A stretch of 64,000 nt of DNA from Chiloscyllium plagiosum (Eukaryota): positions 77,198,795-77,262,794 of the forward strand of contig NC_057711.1 in the NCBI RefSeq assembly GCF_004010195.1, read 5' to 3'. This document shows, piece by piece, positions 1 through 11,084 of the stretch. Under the pieces are notes generated by a model, which saw only the letters and a program-made list of their open reading frames with translations, did not search any database and had not been told where the DNA came from. Each line of letters starts with the position of its first letter. Within the stretch, counting starts at the first letter, position 1. Both the position numbers and the translations under genes were made by a program.

Positions 1-1560
1 CCCATGACTACTACCTTGTGGCTTCTGCACCTTTCCAAAATCTGTTTCCCAATCTGTTTCTCCACATCTCTGCTGCTATTGGGGGGCCTATAGTAAACAC
101 CCAACAAGGTGACTGCACCTTTCCTATTTCTGACTTCAGCCCATACTACCTCCAGAGGCAGATCCCCCTCAAACTTCCTTTCTGCAGCCGTTATACCATT
201 TCTAATTAGCAATGCCATCCCCCTCCTTTTTTACCACCCTCTCTAATCTTACTGAAACATCTGTAACCAGGAACCTCCAACAACCATTCCTGTCCCTCTT
301 CTATCCACGTTTCCGTGATGGCCACAACATCGTAGTCCCAGGTACCGATCCACGCCTTATGTTCACCCACCTTATTTCTGATACTCCTTGCGTTGAAGTA
401 TACGCACTTGAACCCATCTCTTTGTCCGCAAGTATTCCCTGTCAGCGCTACCTTCTTCACAGCCTCCCCACATACTTGGTCATCCTGACAAACAGCTAGC
501 CTACTTGCTGGACTACAAGTCCGGATCCCATCCCCCTGCCAAATTAGTTTAAATCTCCCTGAAGAGTGCTAGCAAACCTACCCCCCAGGATATTGGTGCC
601 CTTCTGGTTCAGGTGCAACCTGTCCTGCTTGTACAGGTCCCACCTTCCTCAGAATGCAGTCCAATTGTCCAAATACCTGAAGCCCTCCCTCCTACACCAT
701 CCTTGCAGCCACATGTTCAACTGCACTCTCTCCCTATTCCTTGCCTCACTGTCACATGGCACCGGCAACAACCCAGAGATGACTACTCTCTCCGTCCTAG
801 CTTTTAGCTTCCAGCCTAACTCCCTGAGCTCCTGAATGACCTCCCCACCCATCTTCCTACCTATGTCATTGGTGCCAATGTGCACCACGACTTCTGGCTG
901 CACACCCTCCCCCTTAAGGATTCTGAAGATACGGTCCGAGATGTCTCGGACCCTGGCACCCGGGAGGTAACAAACCATCAGAGAGTCTCGCCCATGTCCA
1001 CAGAACTGCCTGTCCGTCCCTCTAACTATAGTCTCCTATAACTAGTGCTCTCCTCCTCTTCCCCTTTCCCTTCTGAGCCTCAGAGCCGGAACTCGTGCCA
1101 GAGACCCCGTCACTGCAGCTTACTCCTGCTGGGCCATCCCCCCCAACAGTATCCAAAGCTGTATACTTATTGTTGAGGGGAATGACCACAGGGGATCCCT
1201 GCACTGCCTGCTTCCTCCCCTTCCCACCTCTAACTGTTACCCAGCTACCTCTGTTCTCTGGCGTAACTATGTCCCTGTAGCTTCTATCTATCACCCCCTC
1301 AGCCTCTCAAATAATCCTCAGTTCATCCAACTCCAGTTCCAGTTCCCTAACGCGTTCTGTGAGGAGCAGGAGCTGACTGCATTTCCTGCTGACTGCATTT
1401 CCTGCAGATGAAGTCGGCAGGAGCATCGGTGGTCACCCCTACCTCGTACATCCTGCAGGAGGAACATTCCACTGCCTGTGCTGCCATTACTCTACACTTA
1501 GTCTCCAAAACAAGAACATTGAGTAGATTACCTGTGGACTTTAAAGTTAGGTTAGAGGAG
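1..1560 (-). mobile_element. CR1-clade LINE, 5' part: ORF1 (zinc finger + SGNH esterase) and start of ORF2 (AP endonuclease); disrupted, runs off the window edge
   Basis: ATG at 1487 gives MAAQAVECSSCRMY...FICRKCSQ (CxxC..CxxC). ORFs 1022-1294 and 649-978 give RALVIGD, CYLPGARVRD, VVVHIGTNDIG, VVISGLLPVP. ORF 206-460 gives YFNARSIRNK and YDVVAITETW. Confidence 0.92.
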
Positions 1561-1594
1561 GAGGATGGGAGGGAGGCCCTACTTTGTAGGGACA

Positions 1595-1915
1595 GGGAGC
1601 TCAGTTCAAGAGAGTAGTGCTGAGTTGGAGGGTTGGTTCTGAGATGAGATGGGGGAGGGGCGATGAGGAAACTGGTGAAGTCAACATTGATGCCGTGTGG
1701 TTAGAAGGTCCAAGGCAGAAGCTGAGGCTTTCTTTCTCCAACATCAGGTGGCTGGAATTTGGCATTGGAGGTGGCCCAGGACTTGCATGCCTTTGGCAGA
1801 GTGGGAGGGGGAGTTGAAGTGGTCGGCCACAGGGCGGTGGGGTTGTTTGGTGTGTGTTCCAGAGATGGCTCCCTGAAACGTTCCGCAAGTTAGTATCCTG
1901 TCTCCCCAATGTAAT
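1595..1915 (-). mobile_element. Penelope-like element fragment (GIY-YIG C-terminal part), left arm of an inverted pair
   Basis: Minus strand tacattggggagacagga (YIGETG), then PVADHFNSPSHSAKGMQVLG. Confidence 0.8.
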
Positions 1916-1919
1916 TTCT

Positions 1920-2495
1920 TCTGCATTGGAGAGACAGGACAGTAATTTGCGGAATGTTTAAGGGAACATCTCTGGGACACACACACCAAATAACCTACTG
2001 CCCTGTGACCGACCATCTCAACTCCCCCTCCCACTTCTCCAAGGGCATGCAAGTCCTGGGCCGCCTCCACCACCACCAAATCCAAGCCACCCGACACCTG
2101 GAGGAAGAACGCCTCATTTTCTGCCTTGGGACCCACCAACAATGCAACATCAATGTCGACTTCACCAGTTTACTCATTTCCCCTTACCTCACCTCATCAC
2201 AGATCCAACCCTCCAACTCGACACCAACCTCTTGATCTGTCCTACTTGCCGATTTTCTTTCCCACCTATCCACTCCACCCTCTGCTATGACCCATCACCA
2301 TCAACCCCCCACCCATCTCCATCTACCTATTGCCTTCCCAACTACCTTCCCCTCACCCCCCACATTCCTGATGAAGGGCTTACACCTGAAGTGTCACTGT
2401 TTCTGCTGCTCAGATGCTGCCTAACGTGCTGTACTTTTCCAGCGCCACTCTTTTTGACTCTAATCTCTAGCATCTGCAGTCCTCACTTTGTCTCA
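1920..2495 (+). mobile_element. Penelope-like element 3' fragment (GIY-YIG end, 3' UTR, terminal repeat with decayed hammerhead)
   Basis: ORF 1954-2235 DHLNSPSHFSKGMQVLG...LEEERLIFCLGTHQ...INVDFTS. Terminus cctgatgaagggcttacacctgaa...agcatctgcagtcctcacttt. Confidence 0.85.
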
Positions 2496-2635
2496 GTTCT
2501 TTTGTAGTTGGTCTAGTTAAGTTTACTGTCAACAGCAACCACTAGGTTATCATTTCTGTGGTATTAAACTATGGTAATGTTGTTAAATTTCAAGATAGAT
2601 GGTTAGTTTTGCTTTAAATGGAGATGAAAATCTTC

Positions 2636-2840
2636 GAGAGAAAGTGAGGGCTGCAGATGCTGGAGATCAGAGCTGAAAATGTGTTGCTGGAAAAGCACAG
2701 CAGGTCAGGCAGCATCCAAGGAACAGGAGAATCGACGTTTCGGGCATTCCTGAAGAAGGGCTTATGCCCGAAACGTCAATTTTCCTGTTCCTTGGATGCT
2801 GCCTGACCTGCTGTGCTTTTCCAGCAACACATTTTCAGCT
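2636..2840. mobile_element. Short palindromic Penelope-terminus-derived element with hammerhead core
   Basis: agctgaaaatgtgttgctggaaaagcacagcaggtcaggcagcatccaaggaacaggag is the reverse complement of the right arm ending ccagcaacacattttcagct. The centre holds CTGAAGA-A-GGGC-TTAT-GCCC-GAAACGTC. Confidence 0.85.
2746..2782 (+). ncRNA. Minimal type I hammerhead ribozyme motif
   Basis: CTGAAGA 2750-2756, stem II GGGC/GCCC with TTAT loop, GAAA 2770-2773, CG-TC with predicted cleavage after 2777. Stem I is weak in this copy. Confidence 0.65.
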
Positions 2841-2870
2841 ATGTCAAGGAAAAGGTTAATACATTAAGCA

Positions 2871-3294
2871 TAATAATGAGGCTTTAAGCCTCAATGGTAT
2901 TTACATTCAAAGTGTTGTTGGCTGGGGTTCCCAAATGCCAAAGGACCAGGCAGCTTTATTCAGGAGGTGGTTTTATCAATCCAGGCCTGCTGCAATGTTC
3001 CAGTTAAACTCAATGCAAACTGAAGGAACAGAATTTCATCTTCTGACTAGGTACGTTACAGCCTGCTGGTCTCAACAGCAATTAATAATGAGGCTTTAAG
3101 CCTCAATGGTATTTACATTCAAAGTGTTGTTGGCTGGGGTTCCCAAATGCCAAAGGACCAGGCAGCTTTATTCAGGAGGTGGTTTTATCAATTCAGGCCT
3201 GCTGCAATGTTCCAGTTAAACTCAATGCAAACTGAAGGAACAGAATCTCATCTTCTGACTAGGTACGTTACAACCTGCTGGTCTCAACAGCAAT
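2871..3294 (+). repeat. 212-bp tandem duplication (2871-3082, 3083-3294) of a Penelope GIY-YIG 3' remnant
   Basis: Both copies start taataatgaggctttaagcc and end ctcaacagcaat and differ at only a few bases. They encode CKLKEQNLIF*LGTLQPAGLN. Confidence 0.9.
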
Positions 3295-3806
3295 TCAACA
3301 ACTTCAGATAATTTTATTTAATTATTTTTTTCACTGTTCTGTGCCTCTTATTTCTTGATTGTCTCTCTTTCTGTCACTCCGCACTCTCTCATCACCTTTT
3401 TCCTCTCCTCTTCCCCCTTTGCTACTCTTCTCGCCTGTTTTCCATTTTGCCTCTGCTTCACCCATCTTCCCCATCCCCCACATATTTTGTCACATAGCAC
3501 TGGCTTCAGCCTTGGTCATTCACAGCTCCTAATCTCCCTATAATCTCTCTATGCACTGTCATTAACACGTCTTTATTGTCACCTTTGCTCCTGGAGCCAT
3601 GTATATACACCTAGTATATATCTCAGCCTAGTATATATACACCTCTCTATTTCTCCACTTTTTTTTTAAACTTTGACAAAGGGTCAGTTAGACTCGAAAC
3701 GTCAGCTCTTTTCTCTCCTTACAGATACTGCCAGACCTGCTGAGATTTTTCAACATTTTCTCTTTTGGTTTCAGATTCCAGCATCCACAGTAATTTGCTT
3801 TTATCC
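3295..3806 (+). mobile_element. Penelope-like 3' UTR and terminal repeat with degenerate hammerhead-like motif
   Basis: Pyrimidine-rich UTR, then tttgacaaa-GGGTC-agtta-GACTC-GAAACGTC and cagattccagcatccacagtaatttgctttt. Confidence 0.7.
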
Positions 3807-4753
3807 AAGATTAGTAAATTTGCAGATGACACTAAAATAGAAGGTATCGTGGACGGTGAGGAAAGTTATCAAAAATTGCAGCAGGACCTTGATCAGCTGG
3901 GGAAGTGGCCTGAGAAATGGCAACTGGAGTTTAATATTGATAAGTGTCAGCGCCTGCATTTTGAAAAGTCAAATCAAGACAGGAGTTTCATGATGAATGG
4001 TAGGACCTTAAAGAATATAGAGAAACAGAGGGATCTTGGAGTTAAGAAACAGAGGGATCTTGGTTCTCTGAAAGTGGAGTCATGGGTAGACAGGGCAAAG
4101 GCTGTGGTTTTTGGCACACTGGCCTTCATCCATCAGGAGACGGAGTATAGAAATTGGGAAGTTACACTGCAGTTGTACAGGATGTTGGTGAGGCTGCACT
4201 TGGAGTATTGTGTTCAGTTTTGGTGACTTTGCTAAAGGAAAGATGTTATTAAACTGGAAAGAATGCAGAAGAAATTTACAAGTATGTCGCTAGGACTCAA
4301 CTGTCTGAGTTATAGGGAGAGGTTGGACAAGCTAGGACAGTTTTCTTTCGAGTGTAAGAGACTGAGGGGGAATCATTTAGAAGTGTATAAGATCATGAGA
4401 GGCATGGATAGGGTGAATGCGCTCAGTCTTTTTCCCAGGGATGGGGAAATCAAGGACTAGAGGACAACAGTTTAAGATTAGAGGAGAAAGAATAAAATGG
4501 AACCTCAGGGGCATTTTGTTTTAACACAAAGGGTGGTAAGCACGTGGAATGAGCTGCCAGTGGAAGTGGTTGAGGCAGGTACAGTAACAACATTTAAAAG
4601 GCATTTGAACAAATACATGGATAGTAAAGGTTTAGAAGGATATGGGCTAAATGCAGGGAAATGTGATTAGCATTGATGGACATTTTGGTCGGCATGGACT
4701 AGTTTGGGCCAAAGAGTGTGTCTCCGTGCTGTCAGACTCTATGACTCTATGAC
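3807..4753 (+). mobile_element. CR1 (HER1-like) LINE 3' fragment
   Basis: SKFADDTKI, WQLEFNIDKC, LVRLHLEYCVQFW; tail gactctatgactctatgac. Confidence 0.93.
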
Positions 4754-4971
4754 AATGGAGCTATCCTTTCCATTTCATTCCACCTAGGTTAAAATTACAG
4801 CATTCTCATTCTTTCAAATGAATTGGTTAAATTCATACATTAAATGGAGCTTTGGTTTTAAAGGAATCAAATGTGTTATAGATGACAAGTTACATGAAAA
4901 TATAATTTAGCACAACGGCTATGAGGGTACAGCACCAACAACCAGACTTGAACCAGATTAAATATTTTTAC

Positions 4972-5165
4972 CTCTGAAAAGATGTGTTAATTGCTCATTC
5001 AGCAACTCTGGAGTTTCTTGAAGAATTTCTGAAACTATTAGGGTGCTGCAGGATCCAACTGGCTCCAGGATAATTTCACACTGAGTAGAATGGAATCGTT
5101 CTTGTTCATGGTGGTCATGGTGATCGATTATTTTGATAACAGCTGTTTCAAGTGCTTTGTCATCA
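4972..5165 (-). CDS. PRUNE2: PRUNE2-like coding exon (equivalent to exon 4), 194 nt, phase 2/1
   Basis: Acceptor cttttgtcttttag; AG+T completes Ser, then DDKALETAVIKIIDHHDHHEQERFHSTQCEIILEPVGSCSTLIVSEILQETPELLNEQLTHLFR, donor G|gtaaaa. EILQE.PEL..EQL.H..RG resembles PRUNE2 more than PRUNE1. Confidence 0.9.
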
Positions 5166-6149
5166 CTAAAAGACAAAAGTATCAACTGTAATTTTATATT
5201 GTCCACATTTCCATACATATGTTTTGTTTGATTTCAATCACTAAGAATTTCAAATTTCATAAAAAACTTAAGAATGTATAAGTTCACCCAGCAAAACTAC
5301 TCCTACAGGTTCATTTCTTCAAATTGTTTTCCTGTGTAGAATTGTTCAAGAACACATTTAAACTGAATCAGCCCCATAACTGTAAACAGTGTATTACTTA
5401 AACATTTAATTTCAAGTACTAAATGTTCCAAACACAGTATTTGTGTAATTGTTAACTATGTTACACTATTGGCTTAAATCAGCTGCCTTTAACTAACAAA
5501 TCAAATTAGATTACTAATGGGAAAAATTGTTACTGTATGGTCCCAATATATAACACAGCTTTCCTATTAAGTGTGCACAAGATTAAAAAATGTTTCCTTC
5601 TGCACTTCTAAAAAAAAAGCCAAATAACCCAAGTTATTATCCAAAAGTGCCACTCTGTCTTTCCTTTGCAAATATTTAAGCCTTTAACTCTATGAAAGCA
5701 CACTTTTGTTTGAAACATACACCTATTTGTTCCTATTCATTTGATAAATTAACATGGAAACCTTTAAATTTAGTGATTTCAGTAATATTGAAAGAAGATA
5801 ATCCTTACGCCTCATACAAATGATAATAGTATTTATTTAAGCAAACATTAGTTTTTATCTTTAACAAAGGAGACAGTAGGAAACAGAATGTTACCCAAAA
5901 AAGGCAAATAAACTCAGTTAAAAGCTTTGGAAGTGTTGAAATATTTTAAATATCAAGCAGTGCTCAGCTCATTGAGTGAGCAGTCCCAATCTAGCAATCA
6001 AAACATTGGCAAGCATCCAGAAGAGAAACGCAAGCTTGACAATGGAGATTGTTGTTGATTAAATGAAACCCATGTAAGCTCTTTCATTTCACAATGTATA
6101 TTTTGGTTTTACAATCCATTTTGTTCCACTGCCGTTGCATGTCCTCACT

Positions 6150-6480
6150 TAAAGGACAGGGCAATTCTAGGTGTTGACATGTAGCAGGTGGGGCAACTTA
6201 ACAGCTATAAGCAATCCTGGAAAATTAGCTCTAGAGGCAATTAAAATTGTGCTGAAAAATTAAATCATTGACTAAATTCAAATCAAGAGTTCTCTTGCCA
6301 TATTGATACCAAAACCTGATGAATCACTAACATTCTGCATTGGTTATAGTAAAGTTAATACTGAAGAAGAAAAAGAAGATGAATTTTAACCAATTCTCTA
6401 ACTTGCGGAATCAACTGGAAATTCAGACTTTGTTACAGAGGTCAATATGCTTGAAGGTTACTGGCAGTTGGCGAGGGATC
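6150..6480 (+). mobile_element. Highly decayed Gypsy/Ty3 reverse transcriptase remnant
   Basis: 6300-6362 reads ILIPKPDESLTFCIGYSKVN (compare VPKPDGSLRFCIDYRKVN) and about 6429-6470 reads FVTEVNMLEGYWQL (compare IDLLKGYWQV). Confidence 0.7.
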
Positions 6481-7830
6481 AGGATAAGCTCTACAATGAC
6501 TGGAGCTGAAATTCCTTGTAAGGAAAACCAAATTTTGAAGGATTTTATGACAGAGTTAATAGCTATGTAACATGTAGACAGTAGAATCAATTTGTAAGAT
6601 CTATGTTATTCGCAAATTATTGTTTATAATTGATCACAGTTTTCCTGTTAATTCATGTTTAGTTTATGTTGATTTTAGATATTAGGCGAATACCCAATAT
6701 AGTGATTCATACTTGCTTTATGTGACTCTTGTAATAATAAAACTTCTTGTTTAAAAATCACAGAATTTTGAATCTTCACTCCTTTAGTAAATAAGGAATC
6801 ACAAATTCTTTCCCTGCAAGATTTCGACAAAGGGAATACAGGTTTTCAGGAACTGGAGGTGGCTCCATTTTCATTCCTGTAAGAATCAACACAGCGAAAG
6901 AAATGGAAGTGTACTAGGATGCTATAAACTGTACATAGAATAACCCCAAAAATAAATTAGTTAAAAGTTGCATTCCCCACCTAAGAAACAGAAATTCATT
7001 GCCACTCTCCTTCCATTAAGCTTTCATAATATAGTCTCTTTGAAGTAAAGTGAGCATATCATACACACAGTGATCATCAAGGTGCCATTGAATTTCTTTT
7101 CTTGTTCATTAAATACTGAGGAATGTCTTTGCCTTCTTCTGAGATGATTATTTTATGTTATGCTTGATAACTTCACCATTCACATTAATCACATTCTCTT
7201 ATTTCAATAATGAATGTGAGGTGTAAGCATAACTGCGAATCATCAGTTAGCTTAGAAGACTCTTGCTTGTTTATGATTTTTCAAATAAATATTGATATTT
7301 ATTAATTTTGACTAGATTATTCATCTCCGACAGCCTCCTTTTTGGAAGGTATGCTCCAAGTCTGTCTTGGACTTGCACTTTTTCAAATGAAGCAGCTTTT
7401 TTTGCCAAAACTGTGAAATTAATTCCATTACTAAATTAAATTCCAGAAAATTACAAGCTTCTAATAGATATCTTGTTTTTTCTTCAATAGAAGAACTTCT
7501 GACTACAAGATAAAAAAAAATTAAGTAATTTTCACTCTTAAAGTAACTGGAAAAATGTTGACTCCAAAAACTAGTCAAGTTTTATTCAGATGAGACGTTA
7601 TTTATCTAAAATGAAAATAGACCCTGCAAGAACAGTTCTCCAACTCCCTTTCCAGGCAGAGTCATCCAATTCCATTATTAAAATCTAGACCTTGCAATTC
7701 AGTTGAATAAACAATATTTTATTCCCTTTTATAATCAAGACAGAAAAAAATCTAAAATTTGAACATATAATTATCAGAATCAACTCATTTAAATTATGTT
7801 ATTGAAAATTACAATCTTGAATTACTGTAC

Positions 7831-8033
7831 CTCATTAGCATATTATGATTAACTAGTGTTAAAGTCAGCTTCCCTTCTCTGTTTAAGAAATGGAGGTCAA
7901 TTTCATCTCTGAATATTAAAGATTCATCTGAAATATTCAGTTGTTGTAAGACGAACACAACTTCAGTGCGAAGAGGAAATTCCGAACGTTGTATATTCAG
8001 AACAGGCACATAAAGATCATCAGTTGATTGGGT
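7831..8033 (-). CDS. PRUNE2: PRUNE2-like coding exon (equivalent to exon 3), 203 nt, phase 0/2
   Basis: Acceptor tttcctcttcag, then TQSTDDLYVPVLNIQRSEFPLRTEVVFVLQQLNISDESLIFRDEIDLHFLNREGKLTLTLVNHNMLM, then donor AG|gtacag. PVLNI.R.EF, IFRDEI.LH and LN.EGKL are prune/PRUNE2 signatures. In frame with the upstream exon. Confidence 0.92.
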
Positions 8034-8451
8034 CTGAAGAGGAAATACACAGTATAAATGCAGCAACATTTTAAATGAGAAAACATAAATATACTTGCTC
8101 ATATTAAATCTCTAAAATTTTCACAGGTTCGCAAAATAAGAAACTCCTATAAGAAAGTCAAATTAATTAGGTAGTAGTACACACAGGTGATTATTTTACA
8201 ACCATATGACTAAATTTATTTCCACTATCACTTAAGTGCATTTGACAATTTTAACATTAACTTGATAATATCAGAAACCAACAATGTGAAATTGGAATAG
8301 ATCTCACTAATCAATGCTGTGGCCAACTAGGCACAGTTGACAGAAGACAGGAATTTGAGTGTGAAAGTCAGAATGAGGCCTCTTATGGTACAGGGGTAGC
8401 GTCATTACCTCAGAACCAGGAGGCCTACGTTCAAAACCCACCTTAAGAGGT

Positions 8452-8815
8452 GACCTTACAGAGGTTTATAAAATTATAAGGGGCACTAATAGGGTGAATA
8501 GCCAAGGTCTTTTTTTCCACAGCAGGGGAATCCAAAAGTAGATGACATAGTTTAAGGTTAGACTGGAAAGACTTGATAGGGAACTGGGGGCAATTTTTTC
8601 CAGTAGAGAGTGACTCATGTTTGGAAGGAGCTGCAGAAGTAGTGGTGGAGGTGAAAATAATTACAACATTTAAAATATATGTGGATAGGTCCATATAAGA
8701 AGGGTTTTAGACAGATATGGGTCAAATGGGACTGCATCAGTTTAGGATTGCAAGTTGGCATGGACAAGTTGGATCAAAGGGTCTGTTTCTGTGTTGTACA
8801 ACTATGAGTCTATCA
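8452..8815 (+). mobile_element. CR1 LINE 3' end
   Basis: agaggtgaccttacagaggtttataaaattataagggg (RGDL.EVYKI) through gggtctgtttctgtgttgtacaactatgagtctat. Confidence 0.85.
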
Positions 8816-10246
8816 CTGAAATGCTTTAAACTGAATTAAAACCGCTTTAAATGTTGCTTCCAAAATGGAGGCAACCTATGTGATCATATTGGGTCCCCCA
8901 TCTCCATGATTTTATAAATCTCTTTTGCATTTTGAGGCTTGCATTCTTTGATACTTCTGCAAATGTTTTGCACCTTTTCACATTGAAAACAATGTCGTCT
9001 CATTGACAATTCAGCTTAAAGAAATGATTTTAGTTGAATAACAAAAACTTTGTTAACTTTCAAAATAGTTTAATAAACTCTTCTGCCCTCAACTTTTCCA
9101 TGCTAATTATTACATATATAGTGCTGCTTTGGCAATTACCTTAATAGGTGTGTTTTTTTTCCACAAATACTTTTCTGAACAGCTTCTCTTGATTTTCAAA
9201 ACATTTATAACTATGCTGGTTTACCTAACATTGTTTCATGACTCCCTTTAATTTCTCCTTAATTTAATTATGCCTAGAACTTTGCTTTTAAATACAAAAT
9301 TTTCCAACCTTACTCAGGGACTTAACTAACATCATTTATCCAATATTGAACACTGTATCTCAGGATTACAATTTGGACAATTTATCTTGCAGCTTTGGTG
9401 ACACCCTACTTATCTTCATCAGTTTTTGGATATATTTTGCTGTTTCAAGATCATTTGAGCATTTACAACTAGACTTAGACTGCTATCATCCCTACAGTCT
9501 TTTTATTGCTGGCCACTGCATTCACCGAAGCTGACAATCTTAGTGCACTTTTGAGGGGATTAATATTTAAAGATCCAGTCAGTTTTCTGACCTAATTGTT
9601 TTTCTTCTCTCGTCTTCTTCCTTCCCTCTTCTTGAATGACTGTGGCTTTCATACAATAGCTTTTTTTCCCACAATTTGTTCCCACTGTTGCTGCTTCTGC
9701 CTTGAGAGTCAATAGATCCCACTGCTGCTTACCAGTGCAGCCAATGCCTTATGAACAGATTTACTTCTATCAATCCCTTTTGCTGGTATTAGTCAAACTA
9801 CTGATTATTTGAGAGGATAGATGCCTACATGATACCTTTGGTGAAAGACTTATCTCTGAATTCAATAAAGGAAAAACGATTTATTACAGGATATGTAGAA
9901 TCTAATTATATCTAAGATACATTCTCTTCCGTAAAACATCACGTCCAACTTAAGGGTACAATAACAGCTACATGGAGAACTGGTACGGGACTGTGAAGAA
10001 CTACAGAAGCAATTAGCTCCTCTGAAGAACAGTCCTTCATATGCTATAGATAATACTCAACCCTTTCAGGTCTTAACTTCATACAACACCTTCCCTGCAA
10101 GACTGTGAACAGAGTGGAGCAGGTAAGGCTGCAGTTGTCGTCACAGCTCAGGGCTATGACCACCTTACTCTTCACACGTCACAGAATGACAAAGCCTCTC
10201 GCATGCCAACTCCACCTCAAGGCATCTATTGAAGTCAACACTCTAA

Positions 10247-10442
10247 CACCCCGTGTGTGCGTGGGTTTCCTCCGGGTGCTCCGGTTTCCTCCCACAGTCC
10301 AAAGATGTGCAGGTCAGGTGAACTGGCCATGCTAAATTGCCCGTAGTGTTAGGTAAGGGGTAAACGTAGGGGTATGGGTGGGTTATGCTTCGGCGGGGCG
10401 GTGTGGACTTGTTTCCATACTGTAAGTAATCTAATCTAATCA
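10247..10442 (+). mobile_element. 5'-truncated HE1/V-SINE
   Basis: V-domain gcgtgggtttcctccgggtgctccggtttcctcccacagtccaaagatgtgcaggt; tail taatctaatctaatc. Confidence 0.9.
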
Positions 10443-10849
10443 AAAAACATGGGTTCCTTTTCAATTATTGGACATCTGGAAGAGCATACAGTTGGGAACA
10501 AGTGAGCATCTCTCAGCAACCTGTGACTTCTTTAATAATATTGGCAGGTAGCCAGAGAGCAACAACTGTCTCGTACACAGTTCATTGACAAGGAGGGGAG
10601 GGAGAAGGAAGGGTAAGGAAAAGGATGCAGGTGGGGGAAGGGGAGGGTGAAAGTGGATTATGGCAAAGGGGACATGAGCCTGGACCAGGGTAAGGTGACT
10701 ACTATGTTATCATGACTGTCTCTTTAAAATTCCAGAACCAGTTGCATCCAAATGTCCCAAAGCAAAAATCTTACTCTGGGGCCAACAAGCTGCCTGTCTT
10801 TTAAATTCTCCTAGCTACTGTATTGGGGTGTGAACCCAGATTTCCAGTA

Positions 10850-11082
10850 GGAAAAAATTACTGCAGAATCTGGAATCTGTACTGAAATCAAAAAGTGCCA
10901 GAAATTACAGCGGGTCAAGCTGCATCCAGAGAGAGCGGAAGTTAAAATTTTAACTGACAGTCTAACTGACTCTATCAGAGCACTGGTGTCTGTTGTCTCT
11001 CCAAGAATGCTGCCTCACCTGTTGTGACTTCCAGGGTTTTTGTTTTCAGTACTGATTCCAGCATCTGCAGTAATTTGCTCTA
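10850..11082. mobile_element. Palindromic Penelope-terminus element (second family)
   Basis: aaattactgcagaatctggaatctgtactgaaa is an imperfect reverse complement of tttcagtactgattccagcatctgcagtaattt. Abuts the Penelope RT fragment. Confidence 0.7.
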
Positions 11083-11084
11083 GC

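Noticed and set aside
2636..2840. MITE or microRNA hairpin
   Set aside because: The arms are Penelope terminal sequence, the ends are asymmetric, and sister copies have 15-16 bp duplications unlike typical DNA transposons.
7321..7520. Possible extra exon after exon 3 (acceptor tttatcttgtag)
   Set aside because: In the phase of exon 3 it stops after a few codons, has no prune similarity, and exons 3 and 4 already join in frame.
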